Source: Lingula anatina (lineage: Eukaryota > Animalia > Brachiopoda). From it: a DNA stretch of 64,000 nucleotides. The notes beneath the pieces are model-generated. The model saw only the letters and a program-made list of their open reading frames with translations. It did not search any database and was not told the DNA's origin. Shown here piece after piece: positions 22,290 to 35,600 of the stretch. Both the position numbers and the translations under genes were made by a program. The stretch covers positions 42,634,788-42,698,787 of the forward strand of contig CM120640.1 in NCBI GenBank assembly GCA_051362555.1. The letters are read 5' to 3'. Position 1 is the stretch's first letter. Each line of letters begins with the position of its first letter.

Positions 22290-25200
22290 ATGGTGATTGA
22301 ATGCCAGAGCTCGAGAGCGGACGGAAGAACTGATTTATCGCTATTAAATTTTAGTGGAGTGTATTTTTATAAACATTTTGTCGGAGAGACAAGGTCGATG
22401 AAAAGACCTCTGACTCAAAATGTCGGTTGGTGTTGTTTATTTTCCTTTATTTGTAAAGGACGTTGGCACTCAAATAAAATAGCGATGTTATATAGTTCTT
22501 TCACGTGGAGCAGTGGTCTGGAAATATAAGGAAAACTTACTCACCCTCATCCAACCACCACCGTTATGATGACCGGATTGGATCCGCTGATCAATGTGCG
22601 AGTCACTCATCACTCCGCCCCCCCCTCTCCGCCCCCCGTCTATGTGTATGTACATGTAGCTGCTGTTTCACTAAAAGCTTTTGTACTCTATCATGTGAAT
22701 AAAAACAATTTTCTTCTAAATAAGTTATTCTCAATATTGTAAAAAAAATGTATCTCATGTTATTTACTTGAATATTACTGTCTTGTTAAAATGTGTAAAT
22801 AAAACATTTGACGTAAAAAAGTCAATCTGGTGATTTTTTTATTTCTTTCTTTCATTTATCTTTTTATTTTTAATGGACCTTCATACCAATATGTGTCTGA
22901 TGGGTCCAAGTTTGTTCCCCCCTCTCTCAAAAAGACATAAAACTAGCATTTTTATCTTTGTGCCACGTCTCCTCCTCACCCCTCTATTTATAAAATCCTG
23001 GGTTCGCCATGCTCGAGGTCCGCTGGTGATGGCAAATATTCTCGCTGGACACAGAGAAAAGTGTACTAAACTAGCCAGATACATAGCTGTGAATATGACA
23101 GAAAATCAATATGTGACCCAAATACGTGTAGAGGGTAGGTCCGACAGAGGATATTGTTTCAAGTGACTTCTTTCTACCGCTGTCACCTGACATTTGGGGA
23201 AAATCCAGTCTCTCTCTACCCGGATGTAACTGTATACTGTACTGGGACCTCGCCACACATTGAGACCCTTATACCGGTAACAAAAACATCCCCGGGTAAT
23301 GTCACCTCTCGAGGATAGCCTTTCATAGAACCCTTTGTCCGGAAATTTCGGAATTTCCCATGGTAGGCTATTTCCACACCGGGTCTTGTGCCTTGGTATT
23401 TTGGAGGTTTTGACATTTTTAACCATTTTGTTTCATGTGTCTCACAGGTATAAGGTGTTTTGCGTTGATATCATTATTCCCCAGGGACTGGACCGTCTGT
23501 GTTGAACTTAGGTAGGCACCGTCTTACTGTAATGTTGACATGAAAGCTATTGTTTGGGGGAGTAGAGAATAAGAGAATTGATAAAGACAACATGATTGTA
23601 CGCGATATCTTTAAAATATTGAATTTTTAAACAATGCATATATGGCAATATCGCACTGTGCAATTATCAAAACAAATTTGTTGAAGGGACTAGTTTTTGT
23701 CTTGAATAATTTAAGATAATTATTCTATTTTATTTTAGTGTCATTTTAGTTTTTAAAACGTAAGGAAATATTGCTGTACCTTTAGCGCATTACATTACCC
23801 CCCACCCCCACCCCAAATAATCTTGCGTATCAGTTGACCCACAAGTAGATACCCGGATATATGCTTGTTCGTACTGTCTATTAATTATAAGTATCACAAG
23901 AAGGCGTATCATACAAGACGAACAGGGCTCTGAAGCGACAAGTTCAGGTTCCTGGAGAAAGGCCCCATTACATGCAGAAGGTCTGTTGATTTCATTTTAT
24001 GATCAATTTTGCTATGCTTAGCTGCCACATGAAAAAGTAACAACTGTTTATCCGCGTAACTTGGGCGTCTAGTAAACAATTTAAAAACGAAAGTGGAAGT
24101 CGACAGGCGGAATACAGGGGATTTGAACCAAAGTATCTTGAGTGGTAGGTGAGTATGGTACAGGTGCTGAGTTACTGAATATTGAAATTTTGGTGTGCAT
24201 CGGAAGCTTAAATGCCACTAAAATCGGGGCATTCAACAGCGCAACATCTACAGTGTAAGCCATACTTCATGGGTACATTTTGGACAAAGCAACCCCATTT
24301 AACGCCTTTGAAATAGCTCTTGACGTGGCTAAAGCTTTTTGAAACCCAAGATGCGAAACACGGGCGTGATTCTTAAAACATTGCCCTTTGCTTCAGTAGC
24401 ATTGATATCGGAACCACTGAGAGAATCTAGTCTTGATGGCGTTCCACAAATCAACCGTATCATGTCAGTTTTTGTTCTGGACATACATGTAATGCTACTT
24501 TTACTTGGACTAAGAAAGGCACCTTCCACTTCGAACGGTATACTTTTAAGTTATAACTGGACCGGCCAGCTTTAAGAGGCCCTTACCAAGGAGAAACTCC
24601 TTGCCCTTACATAACATTTTATTACACCACAGGAGATTTTATTCCCTTTCACAAGTTCTCGAAGATTGTGCTCCATGCTGTTAATTATGTTAATACATAC
24701 TATAACCCTGCATAGTTGTAGAAGTCTTGTGTTGGATCCTAGATACCGGAACACATGTCTTTTAGCCTTGTCGTATGCGGGGGCTCTCTTACACAATAGC
24801 CAGAGTACATTAAAAGTTGCCAGTCTCTCAATGAGTACCGGTGTGACAGGAATGGTGCGCCAGCGCGCCTCTAGGAACCGTAGTCTGTTCCCCATTCATT
24901 TGTATAGGTGACATTCGTTTATATACTAACCCCAATTCCCCGACTAACCCTTACCTGACACCAGGGGCCCCTATAACAATATACAAAAATTTTGTAACAG
25001 ACCACTAGCGCACTAGCGTAAGAGAGTATACTAATCATATGGGAACCCGAGTTAGGGCCCACAGAATTGGGAAATAATTTGTAATTAATATTTTCAAATT
25101 CTGCGGTCCTTGACACCCGTACTTCCATTCCTGTCGCTTAAGTATATTGCTGAGCGTGAAAATGCCTTCGGTTACTGTTTAATTCTGAAACCTATATATT

Positions 25201-25372
25201 TCAAAAAAGAGTACGTTCAAAGAGAATTAAAAAATTATGATATGATGTTTGGTAGATAAATAAAAAATCAAAAGCAGCTAAGATTACCACCAAGTCCTTT
25301 TTATGGTGTCATTGTGCAGTTGATATTTTTTTCTAGGAAACTGTGTTTTAAGAAGCATATCAAGCAATCAGG

Positions 25373-27492
25373 ATGGGTAAGTCTTGAATTCATACAATTT
25401 TGTTTCATTATTATGTATCGGTGTACTGACCTATTTATTAAGATTAATGTCAAATATGTGATTTTATCAAAGAATAAACAGACCTGACTTTAGATTTACT
25501 TTCTCTCTATTATCTGTACATAACTTAAAGGTCTTTTTATCTTGTGTGTTTGAGGACTGGGTCGAATTCTACTATACGCCTGTCTTGTCGGTGATATAGA
25601 CCTAGTAAAGTTCAACACGATATTTCCATGTCGTTTTATATACGGGTCACTTCTGTACTTATGTGAAGAAATGCCGTAACTTTTTCGTGTTGTCACCTGT
25701 CACCAACTATAAAACTAATATGCATGAACACAATGTGAAATTAAGCGGCGAGTTGTGGTGCCAAAACTGAAAAAAAGTTTCCGAAAACAATGACAATACT
25801 ATGTCATTTGCACCTTTTATTGTATCACTCCAGTTGTCACAATTATACATGAATACTTTTGTCTCTACTATTTATCTTATATAACGCCAGGTGACATGGT
25901 ACTAGCAGGGAGAACACAGGCCGCAGTGGTGTCAGATGGACAGTGAGTTATCTCATTTTTTATGTATCAAGCTAATATTTATTTACACTATCGACGGAAC
26001 TACCCTGTATTAAAGGAATAATAACTCTTCGTATGAGATCTATATTTCACAACAAAAAACATTGTAAACAGCTCATAGAAATATAATATATTCTGTTTTA
26101 CCACAAAAACGGCAGTTATAGCTATTATTCTGATGTCTGAGCTTGTCATCGGACCACGTGACCTCCATAGATGGCTATAGTCTGTAATAATCTCTTAAGA
26201 ATTATAACAAAAAAACTTTTTAGAAAAAAAAAAAAACAAGGACTAACTTTGAATGTGGAAATGGATTCATTGACCATTGGTAAGTATGGGAAAATTGTTG
26301 TTTATTTCAGGAAAATTAATTTTTTGGCCAAAACTAACAGTTATTATCCCTTTAAGGTATTTATGTTGTATCTCAAACACGCAACTCATAAACGTTTCTC
26401 GTAATCGTTTTAAACAAATAATCAGTTTTTTAACACAATTGTAATGTTTGAAAGAAGTTAGATGTAGCCTACCATCAGTGATGAAACGATGTTCACGTTG
26501 TGACTTATAAATTACGTCGTGAAGCTTTTTAAAAAGTTTAATAATGTTTAGTCAATTTTAAAAAATACTTTTGATGTGCATCTCAAAAGTGGATATAGTG
26601 CAAGTGAAAATTTTGTTTTAGAAATCAGGCGTATGCTATTCGAAAAGAACAGGCCGTAGTGACTGAGATAGCTCCGGGTCAGTATGGTATAGTCACCCAA
26701 CAGCAAACGGTCTTCATCAGCGCCTCCCAGCAAAACCTCCCAGCTCTGCAGTATGTACATTTATATTCGAATTCTTATCAAAATACAATGGAAGAAAAAA
26801 GTTAAGGAAGCATGGGCAGAACGGACTATTGACTTTTTATCTTTGTTTGTTTCACAGTTCATGTGTCTATATTGAAAAAAAATGTAAATCAATGTAATTA
26901 GGACACAGAAAGGTAAAAAGTTATAAATGTTCAAGAAACTGAAAGCTCGTTCAAGTTTTATCTGATAAAATATAAATTTATTTTTCATTTATAACTATAA
27001 CATTAGTGTCCCAAAAGTCACCAAATGATGGCACTGTATAATAAACGGACAATATTAAAAAAGCGCTAATAAAGCATTTATTTATTTATAATTCCTAAGG
27101 TACCAGCCGGCTGGGAATGCCCCAGTGATAGTGCAGGTAGGGAGTGAAGATGAGGATAAGTGTATATGCTGTGAATCGTGTTGTACTTGCACTGGGAAGT
27201 GGTATTCTTTCCATGGAAAAGGTGAGCTACACAGCATTTCGTTTTGCTTTCGTCACATTTACATGAGATCAACTAGAACGCTCTACATTATGTGAGATTC
27301 TTCTTCTAACTTGTACGCTTTCACCTACGCCTTAGACATATTCGTTATTATGCCCAAGCCTACGCTAAATGTGCAAAAAAATGTTAGCTTTTAAGTGAGT
27401 CTATTGATCTTTTTTGATATTGCTAAACGCTGTTTTTACTTGATAACTCTTTGAAACTGAATGTTTCCTTAGAAACTTCCTCTTCTGCGTGA
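25373..27492 (+). CDS. Small 108-aa Gln/Val-rich protein with a C-terminal Cys cluster; join(25373..25376,25891..25942,26622..26750,27100..27221,27473..27492)
   Basis: Four GT-AG introns with compatible phases (1,2,2,1) give MGDMVLAGRTQAAVVSDGQNQAYAIRKEQAVVTEIAPGQYGIVTQQQTVFISASQQNLPALQYQPAGNAPVIVQVGSEDEDKCICCESCCTCTGKWYSFHGKETSSSA*. AATAAA at 27804-27809. The last exon is the least certain. Confidence 0.7.
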
Positions 27493-30400
27493 GGATTTCA
27501 CCCATCTATTCATTAATATCATGCCTTCTTTTAAATCTCTTCGTAGGCTTCTTTCCAGTATGCATGCTGGTCGTGTTCTACTTCATATTCGGCGTCTTTG
27601 CTCTAGCATTGTATTGTTGTTGGTGCATCTTGTGCGGGTCCGACTAACGTCACTCCATACGCCATGGATACAGCTTGCTGAAATACTGAGTGCATCCATT
27701 TCAACCTTAGTGCTTAATAACCTGTGTTCCAATTTGACTGATAAAAAAGTAAATTGTGACGCCTTTTTTCTGATCAACTATATTATTTTATAGATATATT
27801 ATAAATAAAATAATAAGTAGTTATGGATTAATGATTTATAGCGAAAAATTATATATACATGGATTTGTATATCCATAAAAAGGATGTCACTTTTTTCGAA
27901 AAAGAATAATGAGCATCACGAAGAGATCCTGAACATCTGACATGATTGATTCACATCACAGGTTTTGTATAATTTTTTTTTCTAGTCAAGTATATTATTT
28001 AGAAGTGTTATTTTGCTAACCAGAAATTTAATTGGCACAGTGATTTGATATTACTTGATTGAAAATTAAGGTGAGGTCAAGTCAGCAATTGTTTAGAAAG
28101 AACTTATTCTTTCTACCTTGCAAAAAAGTGCAATGAATGGTACGTTCATTTAGTTTGCACCACTGTAGGTTAGATTTCCAATGCCATTAACAGTAAACGT
28201 GATACGTCTTAGTAAAAGCAGAGATTGGACTTTATCTTTCTGGGTCAATTTTCTGTTTAACTAGCTTTAACCTTGTCTACCATAGGCGTAGGCGGTGGTG
28301 GTGGGAGGGGGGGATTAGGTCCCCCATTATTTTAAATCACGACAGTCTTAAACGCAGTGAGCGGGGGATGGGGGGGGGGGGGCGAGACCCCAGTCAACTT
28401 ATGTCAAACTCCAGGTACAAAGTTTTGACGTTCTTTTTTTTTTCTTGTAAATTCAAAATTTGCATTCAGAATGTAAGCTGATAATGCGGCCCCCTGGAGT
28501 GCGACGAACAACATTATGTACTGACAGCTGTAAAAATGATAGGCAAAGTGTCTTATTTCACTTTCTATTTACATAAATATTGAAAAATTGTACGATCGAG
28601 TAAATAATCAAGTATTATTAAAGTAAAAGTGTGATAAGCATGTGCATGTATTCAAGAGACCTATGTTACATGAGAGATGTACTAATTTGAAAAAGATAAC
28701 GTCACAAGATATAAATTTTCAAATAAATGAACAGTGTTCTGTGCTCGTGTATGTATTAATTGTTCTTGAATTAACATCTTTCTGATATGTAAGTGATACA
28801 CTGTACACCTCATACTAATTGATAAACCAGAAACTGAACTACATACACTGTACGTGTCACGATTGTACTTTGTACGAACTGGTCAAAATGCGTTAGATGC
28901 GACTGAAACATTGCGTTTTACCAGAAAAAGCTCGATTGTAGTTAACTTTAAGTTTCACATTCTTTAATCTTTATGACTTTATATATGTAGAAATTATACC
29001 TGCATTTATTTTACGTATTTCAATGTATTTTCTCTAATTCAAAAAAGCATTTTGTTGACTTTTCAAATGATGAGAATAATTGACATAAGTGAATATAGCC
29101 TACAGTGTACATGTATATGTGGCCCCTTTTCTCCACTACAACATTTGCTTTCATTTTGGCTCTCTGTCTAGACATGACTTCTGAAATACTTAGACACCAA
29201 AAGGCATAGGGAAAAACTGGCAACAAGCCTTTTTTTTATATGGTCCTTTAACCTTCAGCCCTCACCATACTTAGTGTCGTGTTTTATGTAGAATTTCGCT
29301 GCCTTTTAACTTTTTGTTTTATTATTCTTTAAAAAAAAGAAAAAGAAAGAAAGAAAAAAGTTTTGATAGTCTGAACATAGCATAAGTCATAGAATGGTTA
29401 TCATTTACAAAATTCTATATTTATACCGGGTACATGAAATTTCCTCCTAAGCCCCTAGAAACATAAAAGATGTAAAATGAGTGATGAGAACACTTCGTTT
29501 TCCTTTACAAAATTGCTAACAAAAGCAGGTTAAGTGAACTTTTTAGTTAAAACTAGCACATCAAATTAAAGAAACATTGTACACTTGCGATCATGCCAAC
29601 GGTGTTTGGACGTATTAAGTGATTTGTGAAATTGTTCACTGTTATGCATAAGTGACTTTGATTAACCTTACGTTGAAGTATGGTATGGACTCTTGTCATT
29701 TGTTCCATTTTTCTCGGGTGTACTTGTTTCTAAATGTGATGCCATATTGAGTTCCTCTGATTAAATACTGCTTTGCACACATACACCAGAATCCCAACCG
29801 AAAATATGAAAAAAAGAAAATCATTGGCCAGTCATATGAAAAATCGTGTAAAGACTTTCAGTCTTCCGTGGTAAAATTCATGCTTTAAAAAGCCTGTTTT
29901 CAAACAAACTGCCAGAGTTTGAGAACAGACTGTATTTCTTAATGCGATCACTCACAATGACAATCACTGGCACTGATCACTGACAATATTACAAACGCAA
30001 TGCGCCCTTGTAAAAAGATCTCCTCTACCACATTCTCTTACTCCACCAACCGCAAAGAGTGATGTTTGAACTTTGTATTCATTATAGTGTCAAGTATTTA
30101 CTTTTCTATTAGAGAGTATTATTGAAAGCCTGCTTATGATCGGTAATACGCTTTTTAGATTTCAATAAGTGCTATATTGTATTTCAAAAGTAATTTCGAA
30201 ACTCCTTTGATATATTATCCCTTCATAATGTTTTGTGGACAATTCAACACGCAAAGTTAGGACTATCCCCAGCTGCGCGTCAGTCTCCTTAAGTCCTGTG
30301 TCTGTTAATCTTGAAACTGAAATTGTCCACTACATACAATGGTGTGGCTGTAGGCCTTGTCAAAGTGAAGTGGTATTTTCGTTTTAAAGAAACGGAAGTG

Positions 30401-32059
30401 ATTTCCAATTTGCGTGAACTGGCACGGTAGGTGGGCACCTACCTGCAATGAGGGTCAGGGCAAGGAAGTACAGGGATAAACACACGCCAGAAATATGGTT
30501 TTCATTTCAGTTGTACTTTACCATCAAACCTCCCCGAAATAACTTCAGATTTATCATGTAAAATAATGACAGTGAAATGCGTTGGTGGGGAATGAATCGG
30601 GCTGTTGTTCTGTCCTAGTTTATCATAATTTTCATTACTAACGTGGGACGGCGACTGATTCAACTCTCTAAATCCCAACACTTAATCCCCCTCGGAAAGC
30701 AATCCGGACGCCGCGCCGCAGTGATTATCACTTTTACCGCAAGACCGCCCGGGGTAAGAGGCGGGGCTGAGACGCTCCGTAATAAAGAGGTGGGTAGATC
30801 ATTATAGGTAACAATGGTTGACAATTTCCCACTGGTTAGCCTTTCCATTGAGTACAATTCATCTTAGGGCTTTTATCCTCTTCTTCCCATCCACGGTGCG
30901 CACAGGAAATTCGAAAGCTTGCCCCAGTGGTAGTAAGGCCTACTCACGTCGGCCGGGGATTGTCTTGACGGGTGGGCACCATTCATCTGTCCGCCCCAAT
31001 CTCCCTACTGCTATTGCTGCAGATTCATATATGCGGAATCACTGATCACAACCACAGGAGGCGCAACAATTGCTTCTTTTGTTTCTAGACTATGAATACC
31101 TGCTTGCACAAAGCCGGGTTTTATGTGACCGGCATAGCTTCTGTTAAATTTTTCGGAAAATTCCAGCAAAAATATCCCCAGGTACTTTTATTTTAGCGAG
31201 TACAGTGTTTGAATTCTGTTGACCTCAATGAAAAAAAATCATCACGCAAAATCTTCTACCCAAAATCTGAATTAATTATTCATAACAATATATCATCTTA
31301 TCGGTGTCTCGTGGTTTTTCTAGTGCGGCTTAAATGTAATACGGTAAAAAGTCATTCAACGATGGATCATGAGACACTTTTTCACTTCGCCACGGTGACA
31401 AAGTATAATCCTCATTCTTTTGTGCTCAGTGCCATTGCTGTGTTTACAAGTTTTGCAAGCTAGAGGGTAGACAAACACCATTTCCTCTCCCGGGCTCTCC
31501 GCCTCTATACGGTCAAGTTGACAAAGTAAATGTCCACTTCCAAGGTGGGCAAACACATCGGTGCTTTTCAGACAGTACACACCGGTCGTAGTGGACAAAA
31601 CACACTGAAGAAATCTCACCGCCAATACATTATCCCCTTTTCAAATGCGAGATATTATTCTCAGTTCCTGTTACGTTAAAAAAAGTGGGAGTACGGTTAG
31701 CTAACAAGCTATGGTCGTTACCTTTATTAGTCATTGGTTAAAATCTACCAGCAATAATTATCAGGTGTCAAATCATAATTTCAACGTGTAGACATAGGAG
31801 CTTCGTCGGCACTATAATCGCGCCTCTCGTAAGTGTGAGTGCAATATTTGTTTAGATCGGTACACCGCAGTAGATCCCGCTAATAGCCATCTATAAGGAC
31901 AGGGTTAAATTTGAATTCTTTATTCTTAGGTAAACAATTCCACACACTTAGCAGCGGTTTATCCAAATGCTGTATAACTGCACACTTAATACCTATGACT
32001 ATTAAGGCGGCGGAATCTCCATTGTTGCGGTATCGTTCATTAAAACTTAACTCTGACGT

Positions 32060-32345
32060 TTCCTTTCTACGCCCTGATTGGTCAACATTTTTTTCGCTGC
32101 GTCAATGAAACTGGGACAATGCCACTGAGAGGGGGAGCAGGAGGAGCCGACGGGCTGTTATGATTGATATTGGCAATACGATAGTACGTTGATGTGGTTA
32201 TTTTGACATCTGTCAAACATTTCTCCAGCCGCACAAGCAGATAGACTTACAGAAGGCACTAGTTAATTTTCACGCACAATTGACTCAGCGATAGTCCCTC
32301 CCCCTTCATGAATACACAGTGCTTATCGCTTAAATAGTGGGCCTG
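32060..32345 (+). promoter_or_regulatory. Probable promoter of the IGFBP-domain gene
   Basis: Inverted CCAAT box (CTGATTGG, ~32074), AP-1 site TGACTCA (32281) and TATA-like TTAAATAG (~32330), about 300-600 bp upstream of the ATG in CpG-rich DNA. Confidence 0.35.
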
Positions 32346-32657
32346 TGCTCACCTGCGAATAGTAGTGTACTGGAAGCAGTCGATCTAATGTGTGTAAATG
32401 AATAATGAACTAGTACATGTGATTCACCTGGCTTCTGCATATAGGATAAGGATTGGTGAAATTTGAAGAATAAATCATTGGATGGTTTTTAGTAGGTTTT
32501 TTGAAGAGGCCGACAACGGACGTATAAAACCAGGAACAGAGTTCTGAAAGCTTTTAAAGAGGTTTCTATTCAGTGATTGTCAACTTTTAAGAGGAGACCT
32601 CAGTGACACCGGCAAAAGAAGCCAGGCACAGTAGAAGTATCTCGCATACAAAGCAAC

Positions 32658-35600
32658 ATGTGGTTGTCGAGAGATGTCTTAATAGCCTTCTTCTGGCTAG
32701 TGAATTCTTGTTTTTTATCCCACACAACGACTTTTGCTAAAGAGCATCGCGAACGCGGCTCAGCGGATCGCAGTCAATCTCATAAAAAGAAAGAACTCTC
32801 CACAGTTAGTAGTAGTAGCAGTAGTAGTAGTAGTTCCATGGACCTCAAATGCCCAAGTTGTGATCAGATTCACTGTTCTCCCAGGAGAGCGTCAAAACTG
32901 TACCAGAAATGTAAAGGTGGGGTCACCCTCGGAGTCTGTGACTGCTGCCCCATTTGTGCTAAGGTGGAGGGAGAAGATTGCGGGGGAGAGTGGAACTACC
33001 TCGGGAAGTGTGACAATGGTCTGTACTGCAAGCCACGCTCGCTGCAACATTATGACGACCAAGTGGCTTTTCCTGGATACTCCGGGAACAAGATGAACAA
33101 GATACCCGAAGGAAAGTGCACGAAAAGTAAGTACAAATGATGGCTACGATGATAACGTAAATAAAAGCATCAAATGTCGGAGTAAATTAGGGTGCTAAAT
33201 TCCTTTTAAGCTCAAGTGTGCTGATTTTATCTCGTTAATGTCTATTTCTGTTAAGATAATGTTTTCGTGGGTTTTAATCTGACGTTTAATGTTTAGCGGT
33301 TGATGATGAATTGTATCAAGCGCAATAGCAGTAGTAGACTTTGGAACCAATACACACCGGACACACAATTACAATACAAGAACACCGCCAACAACGGGTA
33401 AAACACCCACACCACAGCACCGCTACACAACAAACATACGTATCGAACTGAAAGACCAATACAGGAAATTCTGCAGCGATCGAAAATCATTGCTGCCCTC
33501 CTAGTTACGGGTATCTTACGCTCAGTTGGTCCTAATGACATCATCGTGGACGTTACAACTGTCATGTGCCCCACAGTGATGATGCACTTCAAATTCCTAC
33601 CTTATCCAACAGTGAAGGAATAGCACAGGTTATCGCTCTCCAAATATGATTGGCACCTCTATCAGCAATGACTAGCACAGGCTAAAATTTATAGAAAAAT
33701 ATCGCAGTATATACACAGTCCGTGATTCATTTATAAGCTGAATTTCTCAGTTGTTAAAATTTTTAGCCCCGCGGCACACCCTGTAACGCCCGACTTTTAT
33801 CTTAAGATTCAATGTAAAGCAAACAATAATAACAAGTTTACAACGTATAAATACGTGGAATAGTCTGTCCAGTCTTTTAATACTCATTTCTGGGGATGTC
33901 ATTGCGTGAGGGTACAGTACAAGGTCCTGGTCTCAGAGTAGTAGTCGCAGAGGGTAAAAAGAGGACGGGGACAGTTGAATTGGGACGGGCATTTACCCCA
34001 TTAACTGTCAATTTAAATGACCATGGTAGACGCTACCTGGACACTCTTAAAGCTAACATCTTAATATCGGCCTGTGGGTCTGGGTCAAATATCTTGAAAG
34101 CATACCGCAGATCGATAATAAATAAGTAGAGAATAAACAATTTTATTTACACACGGCGTGTAGACGGACTAATATACACCGGCAAACTCACTGATTAACG
34201 CGCCCATATAAACACCACCCAAGCTTTACTCAATAAGGATCGTGAGCAAATACAGGTAAGGACGGTTTTGGATACACACTGTATAACACTGAGTGGTATT
34301 CTAGCACGGTAAAGGTCGCAAAAAGAATACTTTGGCCTCCGGCAACGAAAGAGAGAGAAAAAGGCATGTCCTATGCCGCTATTGGAGGGTTTCACGCCCA
34401 AGGCTGAAAGCGGGAAGATCAACTATCAAAGTGATCGGCGAAGCATGACCAAGGCGAGCTCAATGAAGTCGTTAACGAATCTTAACTCCCAGGCAAATGG
34501 CGTGAACAAATTAAAGCCCGTGTTCTTTCTGTATTAACCCGTCAAGTGTCAACTCCGCCGCTGAACTGCGAGCAACAAGTTCCGTCTCCAGGCCACGGTT
34601 CGCACGTCTTCTTTTCCAGCGTGTCATACAGCGTGAAATCCCCACTCTCCGTGCACAATGGTGCGGTATGACCTTACAAGCATGCAATCCCTTTGGTCAT
34701 TAACATAGGCGTGCTAATGACGCTTAATCTTCCATCTTTTTGTCTGAGGCGCGGTTGGGGACATTGGTGCTTGAAAACTCCAGCTTAGGGGAATTTTCAC
34801 ACTTCAAGGGGACGGGGTAGTATAAATATTTTCACTGCGGCAGGTCCTATTTTATAAATAGCGCGATCAGCAATTCTCGCCTATTTCACAATGAAATTAA
34901 ATTACTCGGCTATCTTGAATAATTGCAACTCTTCCGACTGAGAGAGTCAGCTGCGATTCCTAGTCGCACACTCCGTTAACTCGCAGTTACTGATCACGGT
35001 GACAACCGCATGAAATTGGATTGCCAAGTTAAGTGCTTTTGTGAATGAACTTATCCAACCATGAGGGATTACAGACTCTCTTTTTTTCAAAAAAGAACCA
35101 TGTTTAAGGTCTTGAATATCGACCCTATCAATCTGAATCACCGAAATAACCACACTTAAAGTATAACATTCCCTTTTTTTCGTTTACTGTATATCTCTGT
35201 TGTTTTAACGTGTAGTAAGCAAACGTAAAGCTGTATAACGGAATACATTCACATTTTGATTGCTCCTAATAATTAACCGCAAATACGCCATGGTATCTCT
35301 ATCCGTATCTCAAGACGATCACTTGAGATACGCTCTTTACGTACAAAGGCTATACGTTTACCCTGCCTTGACGGTCAGAAAAGGACAGCGTTAAGTTTGA
35401 TTGCTATCTGAAATCAATATAGAGGGAAACGAGAGAAACCGCTGGAATTTTTTATCAACAAATTATACTGTGCTTCACAGGTCTGGGTAGCTTTGACTCC
35501 AACCCAACTCGCGACCTAAAATTAGATGGAAGTTCGGCTCCCGCGTGCCACGGGCTCATATTCCTCTTCATGACTTGCGAACCACGAGTAAAATCTGGCA

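Noticed and set aside
26224-26279. Extra exon candidate (TTTTTAG...ATTG|GTAAGT) inside the small Cys-cluster gene
   Set aside because: Its inclusion breaks the frame or introduces a stop; at most a poison or alternative exon.
27470-27793. ORFs on both strands at 27521-27793
   Set aside because: No recognisable motif; better explained as the 3' UTR of the small Cys-cluster gene.
35304-35332. 11-bp stem hairpin CGTATCTCAAG-N7-CTTGAGATACG
   Set aside because: Isolated short hairpin with no supporting context; compatible with chance in 64 kb.
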